From a virus (lineage: Duplodnaviria; Caudoviricetes), in the IMG/VR virus record IMGVR_UViG_3300030099_005700, positions 1 through 59,846 of that record: DNA of 59,846 nucleotides; one strand, given 5' to 3'. Position 1 is the first letter of the stretch, and each line of letters starts with the position of its first letter. The translations under genes were made by a program, and so were the position numbers. Positions 18,201-26,508 of the stretch are shown here, piece after piece. The notes beneath the pieces were generated by a model. It was not told where the DNA came from. It did no database searches and saw nothing but the letters and a program-made list of their open reading frames with translations.

Positions 18201-21200
18201 ATTTAGTATCCGGCTTATCATGGAGCCAAGAGGGCTAGTCGTACTGCCAGTAACTATGCCCGTATACTCTTTCGCAAACAAAGCATTCAGGGGGGCGGTG
18301 GGTCCTCCTCTTTCTTTCCTGTCTCGCTCTGCGTCGAAAACTACCAATTGGTCCCCAACAGGCTCTCCTTTATTATTTGTCGGGCCCAATTGAGCATTAA
18401 GATAACTTGGGACAGCGTTCCGCTCAAAAGCCGCGTTTATCTTTAGGTGGCCCAACAAATATTTTGAAAGGTCAGACTGGAGGGTGTCTTTGTAAACTAT
18501 GGACCTTTTAGTAAATTCAAAACCCGCTACAGGGGCCTCGACATCTACAGCAAAAAATCTTTTTGTTTTCGTAAGGTCATCGAACTTTTCAACAACAGCA
18601 ATAGCTGGGTTGCCGATATACTCCCCATCTTTTATGTAAATATCGGGAACCCTTACCAGAACTTTCTCTTTTCTGAGTAATGCAGCAACGCTCGCAGGGT
18701 GGTTATTAAACACTCCAAAAGCTGTGTCGTGATGCCACTTAGTGTACCTTTTATCGTCTTTAGATTCCCCAGACAAATTTTTAGCCTGAGTATCAGTTAG
18801 GCCAACTGTTTTAGCTGCTTCAACTGCTTTAGCAATCGTGGGTACAGGGTAGCGCCTTTTAATACGGTTGTTAATCGTTAAGGTAAGAGCCTCTCTTGTC
18901 CACTTTCTAGTCTTTGGGCCAGCGTCGCCAAGTAATGTGGCGATTTTGAATGTAGCATCAGGGAACCCATAGGGGGTTTTTTTCGTTATATCCACTGGGA
19001 TGCCCGACCGGACATGTAAGTGTATAAGTTCGCGTATCCTGTCGCGCAAAACTCTGTCTGAGAATGAGTCAGGGCTTTCGGTGGCTTCTTCGGTGACTTC
19101 CGCGTCAATGCTATCGGGGTCATTATCAGCGGTGTCTTCGGGGGTATTAAACTCTTCGCGATATATTTTTTGAGACTCTTTAAATATGTCGTTTAGATGG
19201 GGCTCTAGCTCTTCTCTCGTGTAATCATTTTTGAAATCGGACAATAGCTGTTTCGTCCACGCGTCGAAGTTAGCTATTTTTCGGGCTATATATGCCGCTC
19301 CAATAATAGCTAAATCCGAAAGGGTCGTTGGGTCGAGGCCTAGATTAAAACGAGAACGTTTTTCGCGTAGGTTTCGTCTGGCTTGTTCAGCCTTCTTTTC
19401 CATTCTTTGGGCGAAAGCTTCTACCTTAGATATTTCTGAAGTCTCGTCTGTTTCTACAACAACATCGGCCTCCTCACGGGCTTGGGCAATGTCTTCAGCA
19501 ACAGCCTTCAAGGCTTCCACGGCGTCTTCAGAATCCAAACCTGCTGCATTTGCGTTGTCAGAAAACTCGTTCAGGTCATCCTCTGTTATTACAAGCTCTT
19601 CTTCTGCTTCAGCGGCGGCTACTCCCTCCTCTTGCAGCTCCTGCTCTTGTTTTACTTTAGGGGACAGTTCAAAAGTAAGAGCCTGAATAACGCCCTCATG
19701 GGCTTCGGTAACCCACTCGCTAAACGGCTTATCGGTGACGTTTTTTATTTTCGTGGCTTTGCCACCAAATATTAAACCGACAGGGTCTCCTTGGGGCCCT
19801 ACTGTCTTGGATTTTTTAACGGTAACCCCCAAGGCCTTTAATTTTTTGTTAAGCGTTGCTAGAGTAAGCTCCCCTTTAGGGGGGTTTTTGAGGAGCTTAT
19901 CCTTTTGCTTTTGCAAAGCCTCTACAATCAAGCTGTGTTCTGCTTCTGAGACCTCTGTCTTAGAAGATGAAGCAATGAAGGGGGTAGTGGCATATTTTAC
20001 TTTATTCTCTAAAAGACGTTGATACAGGTCGGCTGGGAGTTCTGATTTAAGAGCCGCTAGTTGGTTGGTGTTCAGAGAGGGCATAGACCCCTCTGCCCCT
20101 GCTACTTCAGGTGACTGGATCCAAAAGCCCCCCACGGTCCTTTGGAGAGTCGTTGGTTTTCGCACCATCCTCTTACCTCTTTGCGTGGTAAACCCAAATC
20201 GTCCGTAGAACTCTTTTAGTTTTTCTTTAGATGGCCCACCCTTAAACGCTTGTACATCAAGGGTAATGCGAGTGCCAGTTGCGTCTGCGATTTCAGCAAG
20301 GCGGGCCATAATCGCAGTGCCCGCCCCTTGCTGTTGTAGCGTAGGCGCAACTTTGATAACATCGAGGTGGACTGTTTTTCCGCTAGTCTTTCGGAGGTCT
20401 ATCAACTCTGACGCTGTGGGGGCCGTGGCACGTTGACGTTCTCCCCCCGTTTGTAGCCTCAATTGAGGCAGTTGTTTAGTCTCTGCCTCATACATTTCCA
20501 TGAAACCCTCAGATCCTGACTTCTGAGTTTCGGGAGTACGGGATTCAGGTGCTGCGTCTTCATCGTCTTTCCTCTCTCGTGCTTCTGCTTCTGCTGCCTC
20601 TTCTCTTTCCAGTGCTTCTACTGTAATTAGGTCTGAAGGATCTAGGTCTGGTCTAGTAAGCACTTGCGCAGAAAGATCTTTGAAGTAGTCCTCTATTTCG
20701 ATAGGGGTCGGAACCCTAACCTGAGGCACAGGTATTATCTGACCTCCTTCACGGCCAGAGGTTCTGATTATTTCTTCCTCAGCAGCGGCTCCATGTTGTT
20801 CGGGAGTCGCTTTAGATACGGCGTCTACTATTTGATCCGCTGCGTCTTTCTTGATTATGTCCCAAGCCTCGTTGATCTCCTGCATTACTTGCTCCGCTTC
20901 AGGAGCAGGATTCACATCAGGGTGATTTGTACGTACTAAATTCCGGTAAGCAGCTTGTATCTGAGCAAAAGTAGCGCCCACAGCCACGCCTAAACGGGCA
21001 TAGGCTTCAACAACATTTTGGGGTTTTTCTCTTTCCTCAACAGGGGTGATCTCAGATGGTTCGGTTTGCTCTTGGGTTTGCTCTTGGGTTTGCGCGGGTT
21101 CTCGTGGGCCACTTCGGTAAAAGGGGTCGGTGGCTCTTTCTGGGTCGATGTTTGCCCTTTCCCTTTCGTCCATGATGTCCTCAATAGCATCTGCTGTCGC

Positions 21201-23723
21201 AGGACTGTCTAGATCTCTTAATTTCTGGCCAGCTTCTCTGGCGCGTTGTGTATTTATCTCCTCCGCTATTCGTGTGGCCACCTCTCTTTTAGCCGCCCTC
21301 TCACTAGTAACAGCCGACCCCCGTGCGGCACGGCCCAATGTGTCTCTAAAGAGAGGCATGCCCAAGCCAAAGGCTCCCCCATAAGCAGCAGCAATATAAG
21401 CGCCCGTGACTCGATCTGTGAAGGGCATGTCTTCTCCAGTGAACCCCGTCTGAATGAAGCTATTGATGAATTCATCCAGTCCTTCTTCTAAAGCCTCGTC
21501 AGCAAAATTTTTCCCGTAACGAAGCATCGCATTTGTAGGGACAAATTCTTTCCAAGATCTTTTAATCCCCTCTGCGGATATTTTTGCTAAAGCCGCGTCA
21601 TAGACATCATCGGGTAATTGCCCTAGTTTCTGGATACTAGATCTGTGAGCAACCGTGTTGGCGACAGTGCGTTTAAGCTGTTCCCTTACTTGGGAAGTAC
21701 TAGCGCGACCAATAATAAAATCTTCTACACCGCCCATTCCAATGGCGCGGAAACCTAAAACAAGACCCCCTGTAACAACAGACGCCATGAGCCCAGCCCC
21801 CAGAGCCTTCTGGTGTCTTTCTTCAGACGGCATATCATCAGGCAAAGCACTGTAAACAGAAGCGTAAGTCATGCCTCCACTGCGGGTCGCAGCAGGCACA
21901 AACATGGCGGGGTAAAGCGTAGAATTCTTGGCTACTACTTGATTGTACTTTTTGATGACATCCACCGCAGTGGCTTTCTCGAAAGCTTCTCTCGTGGCCT
22001 CATTGGCAAAACTTTTTTTCTTCTTACCAAAAGATACAATGAGGTCTTTCGCTACAAGACGTTCGGCAGCTTGCTCTGCGGTTTCTAGCGCACCCCCAAT
22101 CGTTTTTCTTTTCAAGGAACCTGCAAGAATACCTGTAGCTATTCCTTTGGTAGTAAGTTTTGCTCCGGTTTTAAGGCCAAGATAACCCGCTCCACCTACA
22201 CCAGTAGTTGTTGTTAAGGCTGCTGTAGCAGTAAGGTCAACGGCTACAGGGGCGATCATGGAGGAAAGAGTCGTAACCCAGCCTACCTTGTCCCCCATCA
22301 TGTTTGCTAACCGCGCCCGCGCAGCACGGTCCCTCTGATTTTTAATAAGTGTATCTTGGGCGAGTTTGTTTGGCTCGCCATCAAAACTTGTAGCGGCTAC
22401 CCCCAAAGCAGCCACTGTATCAGTAAAGGCGTCTGGCACAGACCTCAGGACCGACCCTACGAACTCATTCCTAAACTCATTGTAATCATTGTTCTCAAAA
22501 AACTCGTCAAAAATTTCGGACTCTTCTTTACCATCGAGCAAGCCTTGGGCGACTGCCTCATTCCATTTAGAAGACAGGTATGTCCTGTTTATGACTTCAT
22601 TAAAGTCATTGAACATAGCACCATTAAGCCTGTTGCGACGTCGTAGTCTTAGCTTCTCTTTTTGCGGACCAGAGTAATCTTTAATGGCTTCTTCGAACAA
22701 AGACTTCTTGGCAAGGAGATCGCCATGCATGACCATGTCGCCATAGCCGTAAGTCCGAACATTGTTTGAAAGATTGCCCTCATCAAAGCGAATAACTCCC
22801 GACGACATAGCCATTTCCCCGACCATGTAATCCACAGCGGCGAAGCGGTCTTTTAAAGGAATACGTGAGGTATCAGGAAACAAGTACTCAAGCTCTTCTA
22901 CTACGTCCGCACGAAGTTCTTCGTTCAAAGACACATTGACCCGATCATCAGGAACGCCGAGCCTCTGTGCATAACGATGCATCGCACCTGTCAAGGATTC
23001 TGTGTCTTGGTCACTTCCAAGTGCAGTGTTTATCGCAAGAATAGCGTCTTCATAATGGGCACGTTTGTGTAAGGGAACCCCGCTATCCTCAAAGGGGGTC
23101 ATCGCTTGTTGTACCCCCCGTATGTCACGAGCATTAAGGAACCCCGCATCTACACTTTGCTTGTAAGCTTCGTAAGGGGTAAGACCATCAGCAGCAGGAC
23201 CACTCTTTAAATAATAACCACCATCAGGCCTAGCAACGCGGACAAACGGAGACCCTCCATCAGAGCGGATCTTATCTACAGCATCCTCATAATATTTATC
23301 GACCATAGCCGAAGCTTCTCCAAAAAGAGCTTCTTCTTGAGCCAGATAGTTTGGATCGGCGTCCCCCTTATTTTTTATTTTTATAAAAGCGTTATATGCC
23401 CTGATTGGATCCCCATCATCAGAACGGGGGTCTATGACATTCGCTCTAGATACAGCCTGAGCTTTTTCTTCATAAGAAGGGGAGTAATCCCTACTAAAGG
23501 CCTCATTTATCTGATCTGCCGTTAGCCCACTACCCCCCTCATCAGTAGGGGTTGCCAAAGCTTGCCCCAAGTTCCGGTCAATTATCCCCGCTATTTCATC
23601 ACTATATTTCCCATCTTTGAAATAAGATTCTCGTATGTAATCCGCGTGGGCGATTCTACGATCAACGGGGTCATCTAGGTCACTAGTGAGTGACCAATCA
23701 TCGAATTTTACAAGCTCAGACAC
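12159..23723 (-). CDS. Giant (3854 aa) polyvalent internal virion protein with J-domain, GNAT and zincin domains
   Basis: Uninterrupted ORF. J-domain AYRNLVRTNHPDVN; GNAT QQQGAGT...LKEFYGRFGF; zincin LLHEYIH...LDEFVA; hydrophobic N-terminal segments; last gene of the internal-protein cluster. Confidence 0.85.
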   Translation of the reverse strand: MSELVKFDDWSLTSDLDDPVDRRIAHADYIRESYFKDGKYSDEIAGIIDRNLGQALATPTDEGGSGLTADQINEAFSRDYSPSYEEKAQAVSRANVIDPRSDDGDPIRAYNAFIKIKNKGDADPNYLAQEEALFGEASAMVDKYYEDAVDKIRSDGGSPFVRVARPDGGYYLKSGPAADGLTPYEAYKQSVDAGFLNARDIRGVQQAMTPFEDSGVPLHKRAHYEDAILAINTALGSDQDTESLTGAMHRYAQRLGVPDDRVNVSLNEELRADVVEELEYLFPDTSRIPLKDRFAAVDYMVGEMAMSSGVIRFDEGNLSNNVRTYGYGDMVMHGDLLAKKSLFEEAIKDYSGPQKEKLRLRRRNRLNGAMFNDFNEVINRTYLSSKWNEAVAQGLLDGKEESEIFDEFFENNDYNEFRNEFVGSVLRSVPDAFTDTVAALGVAATSFDGEPNKLAQDTLIKNQRDRAARARLANMMGDKVGWVTTLSSMIAPVAVDLTATAALTTTTGVGGAGYLGLKTGAKLTTKGIATGILAGSLKRKTIGGALETAEQAAERLVAKDLIVSFGKKKKSFANEATREAFEKATAVDVIKKYNQVVAKNSTLYPAMFVPAATRSGGMTYASVYSALPDDMPSEERHQKALGAGLMASVVTGGLVLGFRAIGMGGVEDFIIGRASTSQVREQLKRTVANTVAHRSSIQKLGQLPDDVYDAALAKISAEGIKRSWKEFVPTNAMLRYGKNFADEALEEGLDEFINSFIQTGFTGEDMPFTDRVTGAYIAAAYGGAFGLGMPLFRDTLGRAARGSAVTSERAAKREVATRIAEEINTQRAREAGQKLRDLDSPATADAIEDIMDERERANIDPERATDPFYRSGPREPAQTQEQTQEQTEPSEITPVEEREKPQNVVEAYARLGVAVGATFAQIQAAYRNLVRTNHPDVNPAPEAEQVMQEINEAWDIIKKDAADQIVDAVSKATPEQHGAAAEEEIIRTSGREGGQIIPVPQVRVPTPIEIEDYFKDLSAQVLTRPDLDPSDLITVEALEREEAAEAEARERKDDEDAAPESRTPETQKSGSEGFMEMYEAETKQLPQLRLQTGGERQRATAPTASELIDLRKTSGKTVHLDVIKVAPTLQQQGAGTAIMARLAEIADATGTRITLDVQAFKGGPSKEKLKEFYGRFGFTTQRGKRMVRKPTTLQRTVGGFWIQSPEVAGAEGSMPSLNTNQLAALKSELPADLYQRLLENKVKYATTPFIASSSKTEVSEAEHSLIVEALQKQKDKLLKNPPKGELTLATLNKKLKALGVTVKKSKTVGPQGDPVGLIFGGKATKIKNVTDKPFSEWVTEAHEGVIQALTFELSPKVKQEQELQEEGVAAAEAEEELVITEDDLNEFSDNANAAGLDSEDAVEALKAVAEDIAQAREEADVVVETDETSEISKVEAFAQRMEKKAEQARRNLREKRSRFNLGLDPTTLSDLAIIGAAYIARKIANFDAWTKQLLSDFKNDYTREELEPHLNDIFKESQKIYREEFNTPEDTADNDPDSIDAEVTEEATESPDSFSDRVLRDRIRELIHLHVRSGIPVDITKKTPYGFPDATFKIATLLGDAGPKTRKWTREALTLTINNRIKRRYPVPTIAKAVEAAKTVGLTDTQAKNLSGESKDDKRYTKWHHDTAFGVFNNHPASVAALLRKEKVLVRVPDIYIKDGEYIGNPAIAVVEKFDDLTKTKRFFAVDVEAPVAGFEFTKRSIVYKDTLQSDLSKYLLGHLKINAAFERNAVPSYLNAQLGPTNNKGEPVGDQLVVFDAERDRKERGGPTAPLNALFAKEYTGIVTGSTTSPLGSMISRILNVKAFREGAGVSFEEYTTARAMALAEVYTILHKAMLAPGYGSRSLRTRTVAEGEKSFDVLELDPEIETETLAGHMHLEEIVSYTPPRFANPVPVRRMEDGLVVEDANSLESKAAFLLKYGFPDSKDRPIITTTPTSRTLADNWAEITIRQYFAKEARDNIKYLKGDTIDLYAIIRDAGNRARQRLISRRALLFPDVTNISFDASQTVTEFEADQQDLAAEQDIDKEDLPIPEIQEFGVENLTGEEVQSLWREATMLDAADMENAVESVRVDVRNYLRARGPNTIREQNLFTDALKRVVVAVEGDSAPPHVLEQTQPARIFEHLLNVARVNHRTSDFVARLNKAVASEEVLMKQNWNVINIFRSYVPMFSPRKAELTNDIAREVLAKLGVNHAPSIFLGKKFNYYRRKNQSVVSRLGLKSGDPSSVIDALQKIAKSSRNRQHRLVAELLLRNPELLSRVKFSIYDVPDGSAGNHTTFEDGSQMVSINLSGFYGQGVESVLLHEYIHAFTVDLLAKPESELTPKQRGAKKRLEGLFKISSQSRNEASENLEFDHAMGSLDEFVATFFSSATFQRTLKSTQPKDKQRSLFRRIADAILDLFGVRADAKFREAFDNLIDFVNLGNAEGQTTPFGDMDNRIDRARSRYRNVLKLDFMRTSPSGARFSPFGSEGGIEAGEMTPEQEAEIQALVEESLSSIPPSVAVSMVDTAADAPDIFSGRPDEAFASVVVEKDGERVPVIYVIRENLVRTLFAKSAIVENELHLKGIMDSIIAEELGHIAEFKAIPLAELDTLIDTFSETEFNEFIDEYTRNPELRAALKQGIADNDLETMRQVMGEKLLSVLKRVTRGYTTQEDIAFYESSPSTLRIMLRYIAGVFRRMSARYNLKKDNPELAVMINRMAHELRFLANGGAARARHMPFDPRDPNAGFDVITRRFDASLNDIDENTTPEDIIARFQGMFDTLELPVGVFSKGKYKGYEGLKAMKYGDSDPRVSELKKKEKAFLNASEKLSNAKIAAFQKIRERYPQIDEALISKATGSSENVIVDPDFRQELRESYWSWRKDLKAKVEAGDAEATEFTRENIKAKYRELVVDPMRKERERLQEQVRKDINAAQENIRQIAPDLAESILELRLLLDAFSLVMKKTFGLEGKVMAKVESQVGIYLTRQYRVFEEEGFRDRIMSDKTTEAFTEAYEYMRRQWIRTQAKKIRAKARNEGESMTVEESLEKSKQELEQASDTGRDPIHAMMSTYLKAMEKRTKGEAYRLPKGVGRSLLNNLRRREQVPPPLQKLMGVYGPEEGINNLARSLTVVAEMTAKQAYFNNLAELGAPKSDTDEDAFVFTHEQLTNRPELDPESYVNMRTGEAYVYGDKVQATTELESTYDQTYNYYIHEDMFDDLKRMYSPDIAESNLSTSKQKLASFGEGLRLLTGAALTAKTLGSVTFYMRNVLGNLFFFAPAQGFGPVSMARIATRSTVIGRAIKDPKAFDEYYAELTGLNVIGQDLYSSLIRDLLKKPKNVSSVLKEIESLNKIVEKSKGLSDKVIKPVMERLQALSQSVDAFYKIGYYELEKENLLKAKQWDIDNNTDSIDANAPAGYRSLSDYDLKYLAAQKVRRTSQSYADAYHLVEKIGKSEYASVVTPFLRFKTEVFRILENTYKLARQEMKSTNPVVRLRGVRRISGVSTVILGVSAGLPTLLAHLAGVGEEEDELLRGSSPEYKRFNTFWYNPQSLLGIKSKELRSWDMTFVNPFAIGVDPLLRFSEHAFRGNSERGFEEAFGSLMQTFMDENIFLSSVVDVSRNVRSDTGGPIAEKGEGALGFAKKLGYVFSEAYAPRTPTKLAQAAYQALYAGASPDPAKSAKALLIGEITPVKPYKYDPETHYLRYLQRARDERNRASSLRNILKSKGQLSEGQIRRSIRKWIKVRREVDQRIYSSYIGAQGLGLTPQQARRVMSEKALGMGKRRQSYIVRGRRERDVLPTPFIEQVIGLTPDGVVGKQRLRIALDEIRKSGPRIQVLETID

Positions 23724-23753
23724 AGCTAAGTCAGGTTATATGTTTAATTGCAG

Positions 23754-24830
23754 TTAATCTCCACGAGGGGGGACTATAGCCCCACGAATGTCTCTCTCAT
23801 CTCTGGTGTCTTCCAAATCACGAAGAGGGTCTTCGAAGTCGCCCCCTACAAAAGCAGCTCTTGCATCGTCTACCGCGTCTTTTAAGTCCTCAAGAAGCTT
23901 AACATCGGATTTAGGGTCGGTGCGGGGGTAGGCCTTCCTTACTTCTTCTTGTGTTCTGTTTGTCCGTCTGGCCAGCCTGCGAATCAACCGATTTCGGTAA
24001 ACAGAGTTAAATCTGATAGGGGGCTGATTTTCGATAATAAACAGAGTCCTCTGCTCATTTGTTTCTAAAGCGTCGTAAGCATCTCTTACTTCGTCAGACG
24101 CTGTTTCAAGGTAATCTTGAAAAGAAAAATCTTTTACGTTTGCTGATTGCACTAAAGAAATATCTTCTTTTAAGACTTCCTCTTTTTCCGCCCTTAGCGT
24201 CTCTTGCTGGGCAATATTTTGAGCTTCTTTTTGCTGTTCTCCCAAAACAGTAATGGCGTCATCAAGAGACATTCTTCCACGAAGAAGTTCAGCGCCTGCT
24301 TTTTGAGCGGAGGAAGACGGCATTGACAACAACCTGTTACCTATCTGGGCGGCTCCTTCTTCTAGTTTTGTAGTCTTTGCTTCTTGTTCAGCGCGCGTTC
24401 TAGTCTGTTCTATAGCCGTATTATATACTTGCTCAAACACAGGCACATTAAGTAAAGCCTGAGGGTTCTGTCGCCCTATCTCTTGGATTTGATTCTTTTG
24501 TTCAAGGGGTGGAAGCTCACTACTTAAAACAGCGTCGATCTGTTCATACAAAGCAGGGTTATTAAAATCGCGTTGAAGCCTTTGCTCTTCTTTTTTGCGT
24601 TTAAACTCTAGCTGGGCATTCTTATATGCTAAATCCTGTGATTGCAGACGCATGATGTTGTTGTCTAAATTCATCAAGCGATCCTGCAAAGGAGCAATGT
24701 TCTGGGTGTAGTTAGCTTGAATCCGTCGGACCTCTGATGCGCGCATTCCAGACTCAGGAAAAAAGTCTCCCATGCCGGAAGCGACCTTACTGGTCTGGAT
24801 TACGTCGTCGCTGTTAAATTCAAGGGCCAT
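23754..24830 (-). CDS. Putative internal virion protein
   Basis: 358-aa helical/coiled-coil protein upstream of the giant gene. Confidence 0.6.
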   Translation of the reverse strand: MALEFNSDDVIQTSKVASGMGDFFPESGMRASEVRRIQANYTQNIAPLQDRLMNLDNNIMRLQSQDLAYKNAQLEFKRKKEEQRLQRDFNNPALYEQIDAVLSSELPPLEQKNQIQEIGRQNPQALLNVPVFEQVYNTAIEQTRTRAEQEAKTTKLEEGAAQIGNRLLSMPSSSAQKAGAELLRGRMSLDDAITVLGEQQKEAQNIAQQETLRAEKEEVLKEDISLVQSANVKDFSFQDYLETASDEVRDAYDALETNEQRTLFIIENQPPIRFNSVYRNRLIRRLARRTNRTQEEVRKAYPRTDPKSDVKLLEDLKDAVDDARAAFVGGDFEDPLRDLEDTRDERDIRGAIVPPRGD

Positions 24831-24832
24831 AT

Positions 24833-26065
24833 CTATAGGGAAGTTCCCATCTGGTTGCGGAGGTTCTGGTAATCTCTCATGCGTTGCTGCGTAGCACCTA
24901 TCAGGTTTATTCGTTGCCTGCGTTCTTCCTCTTCACGGGCGAGACGTTCAGGCGTAGAAATAGCACTTCCTTCATTAGAGCGTTGGGTGGCTGCTTTTCC
25001 AAACATAGCAAACCCTTGCGCAGCCGCCCCTTTACGGATTAGCTTGCGACCTGCGCGATCCATAGCTCCTGATAAACGGCCTAACTCACGAGGGGTCTGG
25101 CGTAGAGAGCTACCGGAACCAAGTGGGCGGCGGTTCGGGTCGTTTCTTTCTTTGACAGCAGAAACAAAAGCTTCTCTGCTAGCAAAATCTTTTTCTCTTA
25201 AACCGCCAACATCAAGGCCTTCTATTTCTTTAGCTCTTCTTTTAGCTATCTGGTCTTTCTTATCAAGTTGTTCAGCCAGACGCTCTACTTGAGCAGTTAC
25301 ATCAACGGGCTTAGGGGTCGTATCTTCCTTTAGTTTCCGTTGGTCGTAAGCCGTGGCTAGTCTGCGGGCTTCAATTTCTGCAAGCTTGGCTTTGTTTCTT
25401 TCTGTGCTTTCTTTGTAACCTCTTATTCTTTCTTCCCGCTGAAAAGCTCGCGCATCTTCTTGTTCAGAGGCGCTGAGTATCCCGTCGCCATCACTGTCAA
25501 ATGCAAGGTCGTTTCTTGCCGCCTCTTGCTGATCTGGTGAAAGGCTTTGTTTTCGTTCTCGTGGGAAGGCTTTAAGTCTTAACGCCTCTTCCCGCTCTTG
25601 CTGATATGGTGCAATGTTGCTTGCGGGGCCCGTTACAGACCTCCCCATAGGGCCAAAAAACTTGGGTTTAGGAGTAAAGTCGTCACTATCATCTTTAGGT
25701 CGCCCGCCAGCAGTGCTCCTAGCCAGTTCGGTTTTTATTTTTTCATTTTCACCGTCTTCTTTATCTCCGGTTAGCTCCCGAACGTTCGATTCAAAATCAA
25801 CTTCAGGCCCTGTGGGGACTACAGAAGGTTGGAAAGCCTCAACAGTTGCTGTGCCTACTGCTTTGCCTGCTGTGCCTACTGCTTTGCCTGCTGTGCCTAC
25901 TGCTTTGCCTGCTGCTGGAACTGTTTTAGTGAAAAACTTACGGGTGCCTTCAGATACCCCTTCAACTACCTCTCCAAGTGAAGTTGTAGCACCTGACCCT
26001 TGAGGCCGAAGTACCCTCACGTTTTTCTTCTTCTTCTTCTTATCGTCTTTGTCTCCGTTAGCCAT
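24833..26065 (-). CDS. Putative internal virion protein, low complexity, with an EF-hand-like loop
   Basis: Probable start MANGDK; AGKAVGT x3; DSDGDGILSASE. Confidence 0.6.
   Translation of the reverse strand: MANGDKDDKKKKKKNVRVLRPQGSGATTSLGEVVEGVSEGTRKFFTKTVPAAGKAVGTAGKAVGTAGKAVGTATVEAFQPSVVPTGPEVDFESNVRELTGDKEDGENEKIKTELARSTAGGRPKDDSDDFTPKPKFFGPMGRSVTGPASNIAPYQQEREEALRLKAFPRERKQSLSPDQQEAARNDLAFDSDGDGILSASEQEDARAFQREERIRGYKESTERNKAKLAEIEARRLATAYDQRKLKEDTTPKPVDVTAQVERLAEQLDKKDQIAKRRAKEIEGLDVGGLREKDFASREAFVSAVKERNDPNRRPLGSGSSLRQTPRELGRLSGAMDRAGRKLIRKGAAAQGFAMFGKAATQRSNEGSAISTPERLAREEEERRQRINLIGATQQRMRDYQNLRNQMGTSL
25848..25910. repeat. 21-bp coding tandem repeat x3
   Basis: GCTGTGCCTACTGCTTTGCCT x3 encoding AGKAVGT. 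Confidence 0.9.
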
Positions 26066-26067
26066 GA

Positions 26068-26361
26068 TTACCAAAGGTGTTTACAAGCCCAATAGCGGGC
26101 AGTTGTTTTATCTTTTGCAGTTTTGCAGTTATGCCTCGCTCTAAAATTAGCGCGGCGTTTAGGGTTTTTGTGTTTTCGGAAATCGCTGTAATCACGATGT
26201 CCGTACGAAACCTTTTTAATCTTGTCGCCCTGTTTGCCTAATACGACGAATTTTTTCTTCGAGCCTTTAGGCGCTCTTTTAGGCTTATTAAACCCAGCAT
26301 AGGTCTCTCCCATATACTGAATTCTACCAGAAGGCAGGCGCTTAAATCTTTTTGCAGCCAC
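26068..26361 (-). CDS. Small basic conserved phage protein
   Basis: GFNKPKR...KKFVVL...RRANFRARHNC...ARYWAC pattern, recalled from aquatic phage proteins. Confidence 0.8.
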   Translation of the reverse strand: MAAKRFKRLPSGRIQYMGETYAGFNKPKRAPKGSKKKFVVLGKQGDKIKKVSYGHRDYSDFRKHKNPKRRANFRARHNCKTAKDKTTARYWACKHLW

Positions 26362-26368
26362 AAGGTAT

Positions 26369-26397
26369 AAATTACCTTTTTACCTTAAAAATGTCAA
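26369..26397 (-). promoter_or_regulatory. Putative sigma70-type late promoter
   Basis: TTGACA-17-TAATTT, 7 nt before GTG 26361. Confidence 0.6.
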
Positions 26398-26425
26398 TTG
26401 TAGCAAAAATGCAGAAAGGCAACCA

Positions 26426-26507
26426 AAAACTCCCCTTCAGAATTACTTGGTACTGATGATAAGATCATTGGTACCATATGTATTTGGGGAGGACTTTTTG
26501 AGTTCGG
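26426..26507. repeat. 82-bp hairpin element, copy 1
   Basis: About 71/82 identical to 58351-58432; long inverted repeat centred on GAT-AAG-ATC. Confidence 0.9.
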
Positions 26508-26508
26508 G

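Noticed and set aside
12808-23525. Many short + strand ORFs opposite the giant gene
   Set aside because: Antisense shadows of a long coding frame.
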